Shown: positions 55,521-64,000 of the stretch, piece by piece | Numbering within the stretch: position 1 is the first letter of the stretch | Layout: each line of letters begins with the position of its first letter | From: Burkholderiales bacterium | Lineage (GTDB): Bacteria; Pseudomonadota; Gammaproteobacteria; Burkholderiales; Burkholderiaceae_C | Direction: 5' to 3' | DNA length: 64,000 nucleotides | NCBI GenBank assembly: GCA_016000195.1 | Contig: JAECRO010000002.1 | Location: 65,602 to 129,601 of the forward strand | The notes under the pieces: generated by a model | Told to the model about the DNA's origin: nothing | The model's database searches: none | The model's input: the letters and a program-made list of their open reading frames with translations, nothing else | Translations under genes and position numbers: made by a program

Positions 55521-56849
55521 TCAGCGCAGCGTATCCGCCACCCGCTCGGCGCAGGCTCTGGCTTGTGTCGCATCGCGCGCCTCGACCATCACGCGCAGCA
55601 GCGGCTCGGTGCCGCTGGCGCGAATCAGGACGCGGCCGGTGTCGCCCAGTTCGATTTCCACCGCTTCGGTTTGCGCCGCCAGTTCCGCGCTGTTCTTCCA
55701 GTCCTGGCCGGGCTTGAGCCGGACATTGATCAGGGTTTGCGGAAACAGCACCACATCGGCCAGCAGCTGCGCCAGCGTCTTCTGGCTGCGCACACAGGCC
55801 TGCAGCACCTGCAGGGCGCTGATCAGGCCGTCGCCGGTGGTGTGCTTGTCCAGCGCCAGCAGGTGGCCCGAGCCTTCGCCGCCCAGCAGCCAGCCGCGCT
55901 TGTCAAGCTCTTCCAGCACATAGCGGTCGCCCACCCGGGCACGCACGAACTCGACGCCCCTGGCCTTCAGCGCCACTTCCACGGCCATGTTGGTCATCAG
56001 GGTGCCGACGGTTCCGGGCACTTTATCGCCTCGCGCCAGACGCTCGTTGACCATCAGGTACAGCACTTCGTCGCCGTTGAACAGCCGGCCTTGCGCATCG
56101 ACCATCTGCAGCCGGTCCGCATCGCCATCGAGGGCAATCCCGTAGTCGGCCTTGTTGGCGAGTACGGCCTTGACCAGTGCCTGGGGGTGCGTGGCGCCGA
56201 CGCCATCGTTGATATTCAGTCCATCCGGCGCGCAGCCGATAGCGATCACCTCGGCGCCCAGTTCATGAAACACCATGGGTGCAATCTGGTAGGCCGCGCC
56301 ATGCGCGCCATCGACGACGATTTTCAGGCCCCTGAGCGTCAGGTCGTGGGCGAAGGTGCTCTTGCAAAATTCGATGTAGCGCCCGGCGGCATCGTCCAGG
56401 CGGCGGGTCTTTCCAAGCGAGGCTGAATCGGCCCAGACCGGCTCCTCCTTCAGTGCAGCCTCCACCTCGAACTCCCATTCGTCATTGAGCTTGGTGCCCT
56501 GAGCGCTGAAAAACTTGATGCCGTTGTCGGCAAACGGGTTGTGGCTGGCGCTGATCACCACGCCCAGGCTGGCGCGCTGCGCCCGCGTGAGGTAGGCCAC
56601 GCCGGGCGTGGGCAGCGGCCCGAGCAGCAGCACATCGACACCGGCGGAATTGAAGCCGGACTCCAGCGCGCTCTCCAGCATGTAGCCGGAAATCCGCGTG
56701 TCCTTGCCAATCAGGACGGTCGGGCGCGCTTCGGTCTTGCGCAGGACGCGTCCCACGGCATGGGCCAGCCGGAGCACAAAATCGGGCGTGATGGGCGCCT
56801 GTCCAACGGTGCCGCGAATGCCATCAGTGCCAAAGTATTTTCTTGTCAT
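55521..56849 (-). CDS. glmM: phosphoglucosamine mutase
   Basis: [16 protein letters not shown] and the active-site sequence [16 protein letters not shown]. Confidence 0.93.
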   Translation of the reverse strand: MTRKYFGTDGIRGTVGQAPITPDFVLRLAHAVGRVLRKTEARPTVLIGKDTRISGYMLESALESGFNSAGVDVLLLGPLPTPGVAYLTRAQRASLGVVISASHNPFADNGIKFFSAQGTKLNDEWEFEVEAALKEEPVWADSASLGKTRRLDDAAGRYIEFCKSTFAHDLTLRGLKIVVDGAHGAAYQIAPMVFHELGAEVIAIGCAPDGLNINDGVGATHPQALVKAVLANKADYGIALDGDADRLQMVDAQGRLFNGDEVLYLMVNERLARGDKVPGTVGTLMTNMAVEVALKARGVEFVRARVGDRYVLEELDKRGWLLGGEGSGHLLALDKHTTGDGLISALQVLQACVRSQKTLAQLLADVVLFPQTLINVRLKPGQDWKNSAELAAQTEAVEIELGDTGRVLIRASGTEPLLRVMVEARDATQARACAERVADTLR

Positions 56850-56989
56850 GAATAGTTGTTCTTTTCAAGTTGCTGCCGTGTTGATGAATGGCTTGCTGCA
56901 AACCATTCACGGCCATTTTAGGAGCGGGTTTGTGCCGGTGAATTGCTAAAACGCAAGGCATTGCGCAGTGCAATACCGGCAATAGCGCG

Positions 56990-57838
56990 TCAACTCGCAG
57001 CCGTCCAGACCCTGAGCGCCTGCACGGTTTCCCGCACATCATGCACACGCACGATGCGCGCGCCGCGCTCGACCGCGAGCAAGGCCGCCGCCACGCTGGG
57101 CAGCATGCGCCGTCCTGCCGCACCCGGCAATTCATCCGCCGGACAGACGGCCGCCAGCGACGACTTGCGCGACCACCCGGCCAGCAGCGGGTAGCCGGCC
57201 ACCAGGAACTCGCGCTGGCGCGCCAGCAACGCAAAGTTCTGCTGCACGGTTTTTCCAAACCCTACGCCCGCGTCCAACACAATCCGCGATTGTTCAATGC
57301 CGGCGGCTTGCAGGCCTTGCGCTGCATGCTTTAAAAATGAGAGCACCTGCGTCACCACGTCGCCCTCCATGGGACTGGCCTGCATGGTTTGCGGCTCCCG
57401 GTGCATGTGCATCAGGCAGACACCGCATGCCGGGTGTTGCGCCACAGCCTGTACCGCGCCGGACTGGCGCAGCGCCCAGATGTCATTGATGATGTCAGCG
57501 CCCAGGTCGAGCACGGCACGCATGACCTCGGGCTTGTAGGTATCGACCGAGACCGGCACACCCAGCGTGACCGCATGACGCACAACGGGCAGCACGCGCG
57601 CCAGCTCCAGCTCCAGCGGCACGGGAGACGCGCCGGGACGCGTGGATTCACCCCCGATGTCCAGCAGTTCCGCACCGTCCCCGAGCAGCTTTTCGCAGTA
57701 GGCAAACACGCCTGAAAAGTTGTCATTCGCCGAATAATAGGTGCCGCCATCCGAAAAGGAGTCAGGCGTGGCATTGACGATGCCCATGACGCGAGGCCTG
57801 GACAGGTCTATCTGAAAGCGCGAGGTTTGCCAGATCAC
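56990..57838 (-). CDS. folP: dihydropteroate synthase
   Basis: MGIVNATPDSFSDGG, LDIGGESTRPG and VSVDTYKPEV motifs. Confidence 0.92.
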   Translation of the reverse strand: MIWQTSRFQIDLSRPRVMGIVNATPDSFSDGGTYYSANDNFSGVFAYCEKLLGDGAELLDIGGESTRPGASPVPLELELARVLPVVRHAVTLGVPVSVDTYKPEVMRAVLDLGADIINDIWALRQSGAVQAVAQHPACGVCLMHMHREPQTMQASPMEGDVVTQVLSFLKHAAQGLQAAGIEQSRIVLDAGVGFGKTVQQNFALLARQREFLVAGYPLLAGWSRKSSLAAVCPADELPGAAGRRMLPSVAAALLAVERGARIVRVHDVRETVQALRVWTAAS

Positions 57839-57890
57839 GAAAAATCCTTGTTAGCAATTTAAGTGCGGCCAGAAATGGGCAGCCCCATGA

Positions 57891-57919
57891 AAAACCGGGG
57901 ACTGGCCCCGGTTTTTTTA
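57891..57919. terminator. bidirectional hairpin terminator after ftsH
   Basis: AAAAA-CCGGGG-actgg-CCCCGG-TTTTTTT. Confidence 0.8.
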
Positions 57920-57938
57920 TCTCTGCTGAACTGGCCAG

Positions 57939-59864
57939 TCAGGCCACGGTAGGCGCCGGTTCGGTCGTGACGGCGGGACTGCCGCCGCTCGGGCCGTTGC
58001 CGCCACCGCCGACGGACGGATTGCGCGGCGTCCAGTCCTTGGGAGGACGCGGCTCCCGGCCCGCCATGATGTCGTCCATCTGCTCGACATCAATGGTTTC
58101 CCATTCGAGCAAGGCCTTGGCCATGGCGTGCATCTTGTCCTTGTTGTCCTCGATCAGCTTGCGCGCCAGGGCGTATTGCTGGTCGATGATGCGGCGCACT
58201 TCGGTATCGACTTTTTGCAGGGTGGATTCGCTCATGTTGTTGGTCTTGGTGACCGAGCGGCCCAGGAACACTTCGCCTTCATTTTCTGCATAGACCATGG
58301 GGCCGAGCGCATCGGTCATGCCGTAGCGCGTCACCATGTCCCTGGCCAGTGCCGTGGCGCGCTCAAAGTCGTTGCTGGCGCCTGTCGTCATCTGGTTCAT
58401 GAACACTTCCTCGGCAATACGGCCACCGAACAGCATGCTGATCTGGCTGAGCATGTATTCGCGGTCGTAGCTGTAACGGTCCTGCGCCGGCAGGCTCATC
58501 GTGACACCCAGGGCGCGGCCGCGCGGAATGATTGTGACCTTATGCACCGGGTCGCACTTGGGCAGCATCTTGCCGAGCAGCGCGTGGCCGGACTCATGGT
58601 AGGCCGTATTGCGGCGCTCTTCCTCGGGCATGACCATGCTCTTGCGCTCGGGACCCATCAGTATCTTGTCCTTGGCTTTTTCAAAGTCCTGCATTTCCAC
58701 CGTGCGGGCATTGCGGCGTGCCGCCATCAGGGCCGCTTCGTTGCACAGATTGGCCAGGTCAGCACCCGACATGCCGGGCGTGCCGCGCGCAATCACGCTG
58801 GCATTCACGTCCTGGCCCAGCGGAACCTTGCGCATGTGGACATTCAGGATTTGCTCACGGCCACGGATGTCAGGCAGCGTGACATAGACCTGGCGGTCAA
58901 AACGGCCGGGGCGCAGCAAGGCGGCGTCCAGAATGTCGGGGCGATTGGTGGCAGCCACCACGATCACGCCGACATTGGTTTCAAAGCCGTCCATCTCGAC
59001 CAGCATCTGGTTCAGGGTCTGCTCGCGCTCGTCATTGCCGCCGCCGACACCGGCGCCACGCTGACGGCCCACGGCATCGATTTCGTCGATGAAGATGATG
59101 CAGGGCGCGTTTTTCTTGGCGTTGTCGAACATGTCGCGAACCCGGGCCGCGCCCACGCCGACAAACATTTCAACGAAATCAGAACCGGAAATAGAGAAAA
59201 ACGGAACCTTGGCTTCGCCGGCGATGCCCTTGGCCAGCAAGGTTTTGCCGGTGCCGGGAGGGCCGACCAGCAGCAAACCGCGCGGAATGCGGCCGCCGAG
59301 CTTCTGGAACTTGGCCGGGTCTTTCAGGAAGTCAACCACTTCCTTGACTTCTTCCTTGGCTTCGTCGCAGCCTGCAACGTCGGCAAAGGTCACGGTGTTG
59401 GTCGATTCGTCGAGCATGCGGGCCTTGGACTTGCCGAAACTGAACGCGCCGCCCTTGCCGCCGCCCTGCATCTGCCGCATGAAGTACACCCACACGCCAA
59501 TCAGGAGCAGCATTGGCCCCCAACTGACCAGCAGGGTCATGAGCAGCGAACCCTCTTCGCGCGCTTTCACGTCGAATTTCACATCATTGGCAATCAGGTC
59601 GCCGACCAGGCCACGGTCAAGGTAGGTGGCCGTCGTGCGGATTTTGCGGTCATCGGTCGTGGTGGCGATGATTTCAGTGCCGCCCTGACCTTCCGCAATG
59701 GTCGCGGCCTTGATGCGCTTGCCGCGAACCTCTTCCAGGAACTCGGAATAGCCCAGGTAATTGGAACCTGCGCCACTGCGTGTATCAAACTGCTTGAACA
59801 CGGTGAAAAGCACCATGGCAATGACCAGCCAGATTGCAATTTTAGAAAACCACTGATTATTCAA
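57939..59864 (-). CDS. ftsH: ATP-dependent zinc metalloprotease FtsH
   Basis: Walker [12 protein letters not shown], Walker [10 protein letters not shown], and the zinc site HESGHAL. Apparent TTG start with GGAG 7 nt upstream. Confidence 0.93.
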   Translation of the reverse strand: MNNQWFSKIAIWLVIAMVLFTVFKQFDTRSGAGSNYLGYSEFLEEVRGKRIKAATIAEGQGGTEIIATTTDDRKIRTTATYLDRGLVGDLIANDVKFDVKAREEGSLLMTLLVSWGPMLLLIGVWVYFMRQMQGGGKGGAFSFGKSKARMLDESTNTVTFADVAGCDEAKEEVKEVVDFLKDPAKFQKLGGRIPRGLLLVGPPGTGKTLLAKGIAGEAKVPFFSISGSDFVEMFVGVGAARVRDMFDNAKKNAPCIIFIDEIDAVGRQRGAGVGGGNDEREQTLNQMLVEMDGFETNVGVIVVAATNRPDILDAALLRPGRFDRQVYVTLPDIRGREQILNVHMRKVPLGQDVNASVIARGTPGMSGADLANLCNEAALMAARRNARTVEMQDFEKAKDKILMGPERKSMVMPEEERRNTAYHESGHALLGKMLPKCDPVHKVTIIPRGRALGVTMSLPAQDRYSYDREYMLSQISMLFGGRIAEEVFMNQMTTGASNDFERATALARDMVTRYGMTDALGPMVYAENEGEVFLGRSVTKTNNMSESTLQKVDTEVRRIIDQQYALARKLIEDNKDKMHAMAKALLEWETIDVEQMDDIMAGREPRPPKDWTPRNPSVGGGGNGPSGGSPAVTTEPAPTVA

Positions 59865-60013
59865 GGACTACTCCGATCTAAAAACCCTAAGCCGATTGGA
59901 GGGCACATGCGCCTGATTTTAGGCGTTTCAAGTGCTTAAACCGTAGCAAACGGTTTGCGTCCCTAGGCTTAAAGCGGATTTAACTGATTATTACGCCTCC
60001 ACGGCGGCTCATT

Positions 60014-60754
60014 TCACCGTTCTGTCACGTTTTTCAAACCCCGGCCGACCAGAAAGGTTTCGGAAGAAGTGGGGCGCGACGCTTTGGGTTTCATGCGTTT
60101 GACAACCTTGAAGCTGGCCTGAAACAGCTTGACCAGATCGTCATACCCGCTGCCATGAAACAGCTTGACGACCAGCGCGCCGTCCGGCTTCATGCGGGTC
60201 TGGGCAAATTCAACCGCCAGTTCCACCAGATGGGCAATGCGCGCCGCGTCCGCCGACTCGATGCCGGACAGGTTGGGCGCCATGTCTGAAATAACCAGAT
60301 CGACCTTGACCGGCCCCTGCTCGGCAAGCAAGGCCTGCTCCAGTTTTTCAAGCACCTCGGGCTCCCGGAAATCGCCCTGGATGAACACCACACCCTCGAT
60401 AGGCTCCATGGGCAACAGGTCCAGCCCGATGATGCGGCCGTTGAGCGCGCCCACGGCGGCGCCGGTCGGCGAGAGCTTGCGCCGCACATACTGGCTCCAG
60501 GCGCCCGGCGTGCTGCCCAGATCGACCACGCAGTAGCCGGGCTTGATCAGCCCCAGCGTTTCGTCCATTTCCTTCAGCTTGAAGGCCGCCCGCGCACGGT
60601 AGCCCTCTTTGCGCGCCTGCTTGACATAGGGGTCGTTGATGTGGTCGTGCAACCACGCCTTGTTAACTTTTTTACCTTTTGCATCACCCCTGGCAGTGAC
60701 CTTGGGGGCGGCTTTGGGAAGTAGCTTGTGGTCTGGCTTGGCATTTACTTTCAT
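60014..60754 (-). CDS. rlmE: 23S rRNA (uridine2552-2'-O)-methyltransferase
   Basis: FtsJ motifs [24 protein letters not shown] and VISDMAPN. Upstream of ftsH, as in the classical ftsJ-ftsH pair. Confidence 0.9.
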   Translation of the reverse strand: MKVNAKPDHKLLPKAAPKVTARGDAKGKKVNKAWLHDHINDPYVKQARKEGYRARAAFKLKEMDETLGLIKPGYCVVDLGSTPGAWSQYVRRKLSPTGAAVGALNGRIIGLDLLPMEPIEGVVFIQGDFREPEVLEKLEQALLAEQGPVKVDLVISDMAPNLSGIESADAARIAHLVELAVEFAQTRMKPDGALVVKLFHGSGYDDLVKLFQASFKVVKRMKPKASRPTSSETFLVGRGLKNVTER

Positions 60755-60795
60755 GGGGCCTATTGTCGTCTTCCCGACTCCACCGATAATTGGAC

Positions 60796-61272
60796 ATGGC
60801 TCAAATACAACTTACCCCCGCCCAGCGCAAAGACCGCCGTGCTGAAGCGCACCATCTCAACGCCGTCGTCATGATCGGCTCCGACGGCCTCACCGAAGGC
60901 GTCAAAAAAGAAATCGACGCCGCCCTGAACGCCCACGGCCTCATCAAGGTACGGGTGCAATCCGATGACCGGCCTGGCCGCGAAGAAATGTTCCGCTCCC
61001 TGGCTGAAGAACTCGATGCCGCGCCCATCCAGCACATCGGCAAGCTGCTGGTGTTCTGGCGGCCCATTCCCGAAAAGGAAAAAAAGATCAATGAAGACCG
61101 CATGGCCGGCCCGCGCGATGTCAAGGTGCTGAAAAACAGTTCGCGCTACGGCCAGCGGCCTGAAGTCAAGATGCTGCGCGTGCTCGGCAATCAGCGCCTG
61201 ACCCCGGGCGGCACCGTCAAGCGCGCCAAACCCAGGCAGCAAGTCAGCGTCAAGAAACGCTCGCAGGACTAA
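60796..61272 (+). CDS. yhbY: YhbY/CRS1-type RNA-binding protein with a basic C-terminal extension
   Basis: [49 protein letters not shown]. Divergent from rlmE. Confidence 0.82.
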   Translation: MAQIQLTPAQRKDRRAEAHHLNAVVMIGSDGLTEGVKKEIDAALNAHGLIKVRVQSDDRPGREEMFRSLAEELDAAPIQHIGKLLVFWRPIPEKEKKINEDRMAGPRDVKVLKNSSRYGQRPEVKMLRVLGNQRLTPGGTVKRAKPRQQVSVKKRSQD

Positions 61273-61287
61273 AGCTTCCTGGCAGAC

Positions 61288-61323
61288 GCAAAACCGACCC
61301 TTGCGGTCGGTTTTGCGCTTTTT
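61288..61323 (+). terminator. Rho-independent terminator
   Basis: GCAAAACCGACC-cttgc-GGTCGGTTTTGC followed by GCTTTTT. Confidence 0.85.
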
Positions 61324-61373
61324 CAGGGCGCCCGGCCCTTTAGATTCACCCCACCCGCCCACAGCTAGACGTG

Positions 61374-63434
61374 ATGACCAATCCACTCCTCGACTTTTCC
61401 GACCTTCCATTGTTTGACCGCATCCTGCCCGAGCATGTCGGCCCGGCCATGGATGATTTGCTGGCCAAGGCCGAAACTGCGCTGGCGCAGGTCACGGCCG
61501 ATGACTTTCCGGCCACCTGGAGCGGCATTGCCGGCGTGCTTGATGTGGCGACCGAAAACCTGGGCCGCGCCTGGGGCGCCGTCGGTCATCTGAACAGCGT
61601 GGCGGACACGCCCGAATTGCGCGCAGCCTACAACGCCGCCCTGCCCCGCGTGACCGAATTCTGGACCCGCCTGGGCGCCGACGAGCGCCTGTATGCCAAG
61701 TACAAGGCCATCGACGTGGCCACCCTCAATGTCGAGCAGCGCCAGGCGCACAAGAATGCCATCCGCAATTTCGTGCTGTCCGGGGCAGAACTCACGGGAG
61801 CGGCCAAGGAACGGTTCGCGCAAATCCAGGAGCGCCTGGCCGAACTCAGCCAGAAATTCAGCGAGAACTCGCTCGACGCCACCGATGCCTTTGCCTACTA
61901 CGCCACCGACGATGAAGTGGCCGGCATTCCAAAGGACGTGCTGCAAGCCGCTAAAACGCAGGCCGAGGCCGAAGGCAAGCCCGGCTACCGGCTCAGCCTG
62001 AAAATGCCGAGCTACCTGCCCGTGATGCAGTTCGCCGAAAGCAGCGCCCTGCGCGAAAAACTCTACAAGGCCTACACCACGCGCGCCAGCGACCAGGCCC
62101 CAAGCGAGTTCAGCCAGTTCGACAACAGCGCCGTGATGCGCGAAATCCTGGCGTTGCGGCAGGAAGAATCCCGGCTGCTGGGCTACCAGAATTTCGGCGA
62201 AGTCTCGGTGGTGGCCAAGATGGCCAAGTCGCCTGAAGAAGTCATCGCCTTTTTGCGCGACCTGGCCCGCCGCGCCCGCCCGTATGCCGAAAAAGACATT
62301 GCCGACCTGCGTGCGTTCGCGGCCGAACATCTGAATCAGACCGACCCGCAGGCCTGGGACTACGCCTACATCGGCGAAAAGCTCAAGGAAGCGCGCTATG
62401 CCTTCAGCGAGCAGGAAGTCAAACAGTATTTCACCGCGCCCAAGGTGCTCGCCGGCCTGTTCAGGATTGTCGAGACGCTGTTCGAAGTGCAAATTCGCGA
62501 GGACTCCGCACCCGTGTGGAAGCCCGGCGTGGCCTTCTACCGCATCGAGCGCGACGGCCAGCTGGTCGGCCAGTTCTACCTCGACCAGCCGGCCCGCACC
62601 GGCAAGCGCGGCGGCGCCTGGATGGACGATGTGCGTACCCGCTGGCTGCGCCCCGACACCGGCAAGCTGCAAACGCCCATTGCGCACCTGGTCTGCAATT
62701 TTGCCGACGGCGTCGGCGGCAAGCCGGCCTTGCTGACGCACGACGACGTGACCACGCTGTTCCACGAATTCGGCCACGGCCTGCACCACATGCTGACGCA
62801 GGTCAACGAGCACGACGTGTCGGGCATCAGCGGCGTCGAATGGGATGCGGTCGAGTTGCCGAGCCAGTTCATGGAAAACTTCTGCTGGGAATGGGAAGTG
62901 CTCAGGCAGATGACCGCCCATGTTGATACCGGCGAGCCGCTGCCGCGCGCCTTGTTTGAAAAAATGCTGGCCGCGAAAAACTTCCAGAGTGGCATGCAGA
63001 CGCTGCGCCAGGTCGAGTTCTCGCTGTTCGACATGCTGCTGCACACCTCGCACAATCCCGACGAAGACCTGATGGGCCTGCTCAATGAGGTGCGCCGCGA
63101 AGTGGCAGTGATTGCCGCTCCGGCCTACAGCCGCACGGCGCACACCTTCAGCCATATTTTTTCGGGCGGCTATGCGGCTGGCTACTACAGCTACAAATGG
63201 GCCGAAGTGCTGTCGGCCGACGCCTATGCGGCCTTTGAAGAAACCGCGGCGGCCAATGACGAAGCGGGCGAAGCCTCCGCCAGCAAATCGACGGTCAGCG
63301 TCGAGGCCGGCAGGAAATACCGCCAGGCCATCCTGGAAGCTGGCGGAAGCCGCCCGGCGATGGAGTCGTTCAAGGCCTTCAGGGGCCGCGAGCCTTCACT
63401 CGATGCACTGCTGCGCCATCAGGGCATGGCTTGA
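61374..63434 (+). CDS. prlC: oligopeptidase A (M3 metallopeptidase)
   Basis: Zinc motif TLFHEFGHGLHH. About 686 aa. The ATG at 61374 lies just after the track's GTG start. Confidence 0.9.
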   Translation: MTNPLLDFSDLPLFDRILPEHVGPAMDDLLAKAETALAQVTADDFPATWSGIAGVLDVATENLGRAWGAVGHLNSVADTPELRAAYNAALPRVTEFWTRLGADERLYAKYKAIDVATLNVEQRQAHKNAIRNFVLSGAELTGAAKERFAQIQERLAELSQKFSENSLDATDAFAYYATDDEVAGIPKDVLQAAKTQAEAEGKPGYRLSLKMPSYLPVMQFAESSALREKLYKAYTTRASDQAPSEFSQFDNSAVMREILALRQEESRLLGYQNFGEVSVVAKMAKSPEEVIAFLRDLARRARPYAEKDIADLRAFAAEHLNQTDPQAWDYAYIGEKLKEARYAFSEQEVKQYFTAPKVLAGLFRIVETLFEVQIREDSAPVWKPGVAFYRIERDGQLVGQFYLDQPARTGKRGGAWMDDVRTRWLRPDTGKLQTPIAHLVCNFADGVGGKPALLTHDDVTTLFHEFGHGLHHMLTQVNEHDVSGISGVEWDAVELPSQFMENFCWEWEVLRQMTAHVDTGEPLPRALFEKMLAAKNFQSGMQTLRQVEFSLFDMLLHTSHNPDEDLMGLLNEVRREVAVIAAPAYSRTAHTFSHIFSGGYAAGYYSYKWAEVLSADAYAAFEETAAANDEAGEASASKSTVSVEAGRKYRQAILEAGGSRPAMESFKAFRGREPSLDALLRHQGMA

Positions 63435-63475
63435 AAGCCCTGCCGAACATACTCCCCACGACTGGACTGGAACGC

Positions 63476-64000
63476 ATGAAATCAAACAAGCTGCATTTTC
63501 TGGCTCCCAAAGCACTGCTGGCTCTGGTGGCGGTGGCTGGCAGTCTTGCATCACCGCTGCTGCAGGCGCAGCAGGTTTACCGCATCATCGGGCCGGACGG
63601 CAAGGTGACTTTTTCCGACCGCCCGCCACCGCCTTCGCTCAGCAACGCCAAAGTCAGCGAAACCACTGCCAACACCGCTGGCGCCGAAGCTTTTGCCGGC
63701 CTGCCCTACGAATTAAGGCAGGTGACGCTCAAGTATCCGGTGGTTTTGTACACCTCCGACAACTGCGCGCCCTGCGGCGCCGGCCGTTCACTGCTGACCA
63801 GCCGGGGCATTCCGTTCAACGAAAAAACGCTCTCGACGGCCGCCGACAATGAAGCATTGCAGCGCCTGAGCGGCGAGACCTCGCTGCCTTTCCTGACCAT
63901 CGGGAGCCAGCAGCTCAAGGGCTTTTCGGATGCCGAATGGACACAGTTCCTGAATGCCGCCGGTTATCCGAAGTCGTCGGCATTGCCGTCCAGCTACCGG
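63476..64000 (+). CDS. DUF4124 + glutaredoxin-like domain protein; the 3' end lies beyond the window
   Basis: My own translation from ATG 63476 gives MKSNKLHFLAPKALLALVAVAGSLASPLLQAQQVYRIIGPDGKVTFSDRPP (signal peptide + DUF4124-like segment), then VVLYTSDNCAPCGAGRSLL (CxxC). The frame is open to the window end. Confidence 0.65.
   Translation, partial: MKSNKLHFLAPKALLALVAVAGSLASPLLQAQQVYRIIGPDGKVTFSDRPPPPSLSNAKVSETTANTAGAEAFAGLPYELRQVTLKYPVVLYTSDNCAPCGAGRSLLTSRGIPFNEKTLSTAADNEALQRLSGETSLPFLTIGSQQLKGFSDAEWTQFLNAAGYPKSSALPSSYR

Noticed and set aside
58128-63155. Long antisense ORFs 58128..59939(+) opposite ftsH and 61365..63155(-) opposite prlC
   Set aside because: The sense frames contain Walker A/B and HExxH signatures. 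The antisense frames are compositional artefacts.
1-64000. Search for tRNA, rRNA, transposase, integrase or CRISPR-cas
   Set aside because: None of the intergenic regions folds into an obvious cloverleaf by eye, and no ORF shows DDE, tyrosine- or serine-recombinase or Cas signatures. A tRNAscan or Infernal run would be needed to exclude small RNAs formally.

Overview
High-GC chromosomal segment. Protein signatures and gene order look betaproteobacterial (Burkholderiales/Comamonadaceae-like); that taxon call is inference. Most of the window is ordinary core genome. In order: relA (partial), a hydrolase/bdhA/oxidoreductase/FGase group, an outer-membrane barrel, a PACE exporter, a metallophosphoesterase + lipid-kinase pair, ompR-envZ, ispDF, mfd, serB, a Fur-type iron-uptake cluster (TonB-dependent receptor, piuC, bfd, tonB-exbBD, hemP), rlmD, a patatin-like lipase, surE-pcm-nlpD, an OlsB-like acyltransferase, an ars locus (arsH, two unrelated arsC types, arsR, arsB), an mdtABC-OMF RND efflux operon, glmM-folP-ftsH-rlmE, yhbY and prlC. 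I saw no rRNA, tRNA, CRISPR array, transposase or integrase. The one clear accessory region is a ~6.6-kb islet between mfd and serB carrying vapBC, a GIY-YIG nuclease-domain gene and a type III R-M system; a stand-alone HNH gene sits just after serB. I did not find a convincing new multi-gene system. The unexplained signal is in non-coding repeats. (1) A hairpin-pair element resembling dRS3 (ATTCCCGCG..GGCGGGAAT arms) occurs four times, three of them exactly at junctions inside operons, and a probable decayed copy is translated as a loop of MdtB. (2) A ~45-bp dispersed repeat (TTGCGCA hairpin + GCAGCTATCAAAA..ATAGTAA) occurs at least 12 times, and several copies are embedded in coding sequence, including a signal peptide. 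(3) A 748-bp structured spacer made of two ~210-bp inverted elements splits mdtB from mdtC. There is also a truncated, frameshifted quinone-oxidoreductase pseudogene. All coordinates and motifs were read by eye from the sequence and ORF track; no searches were run.
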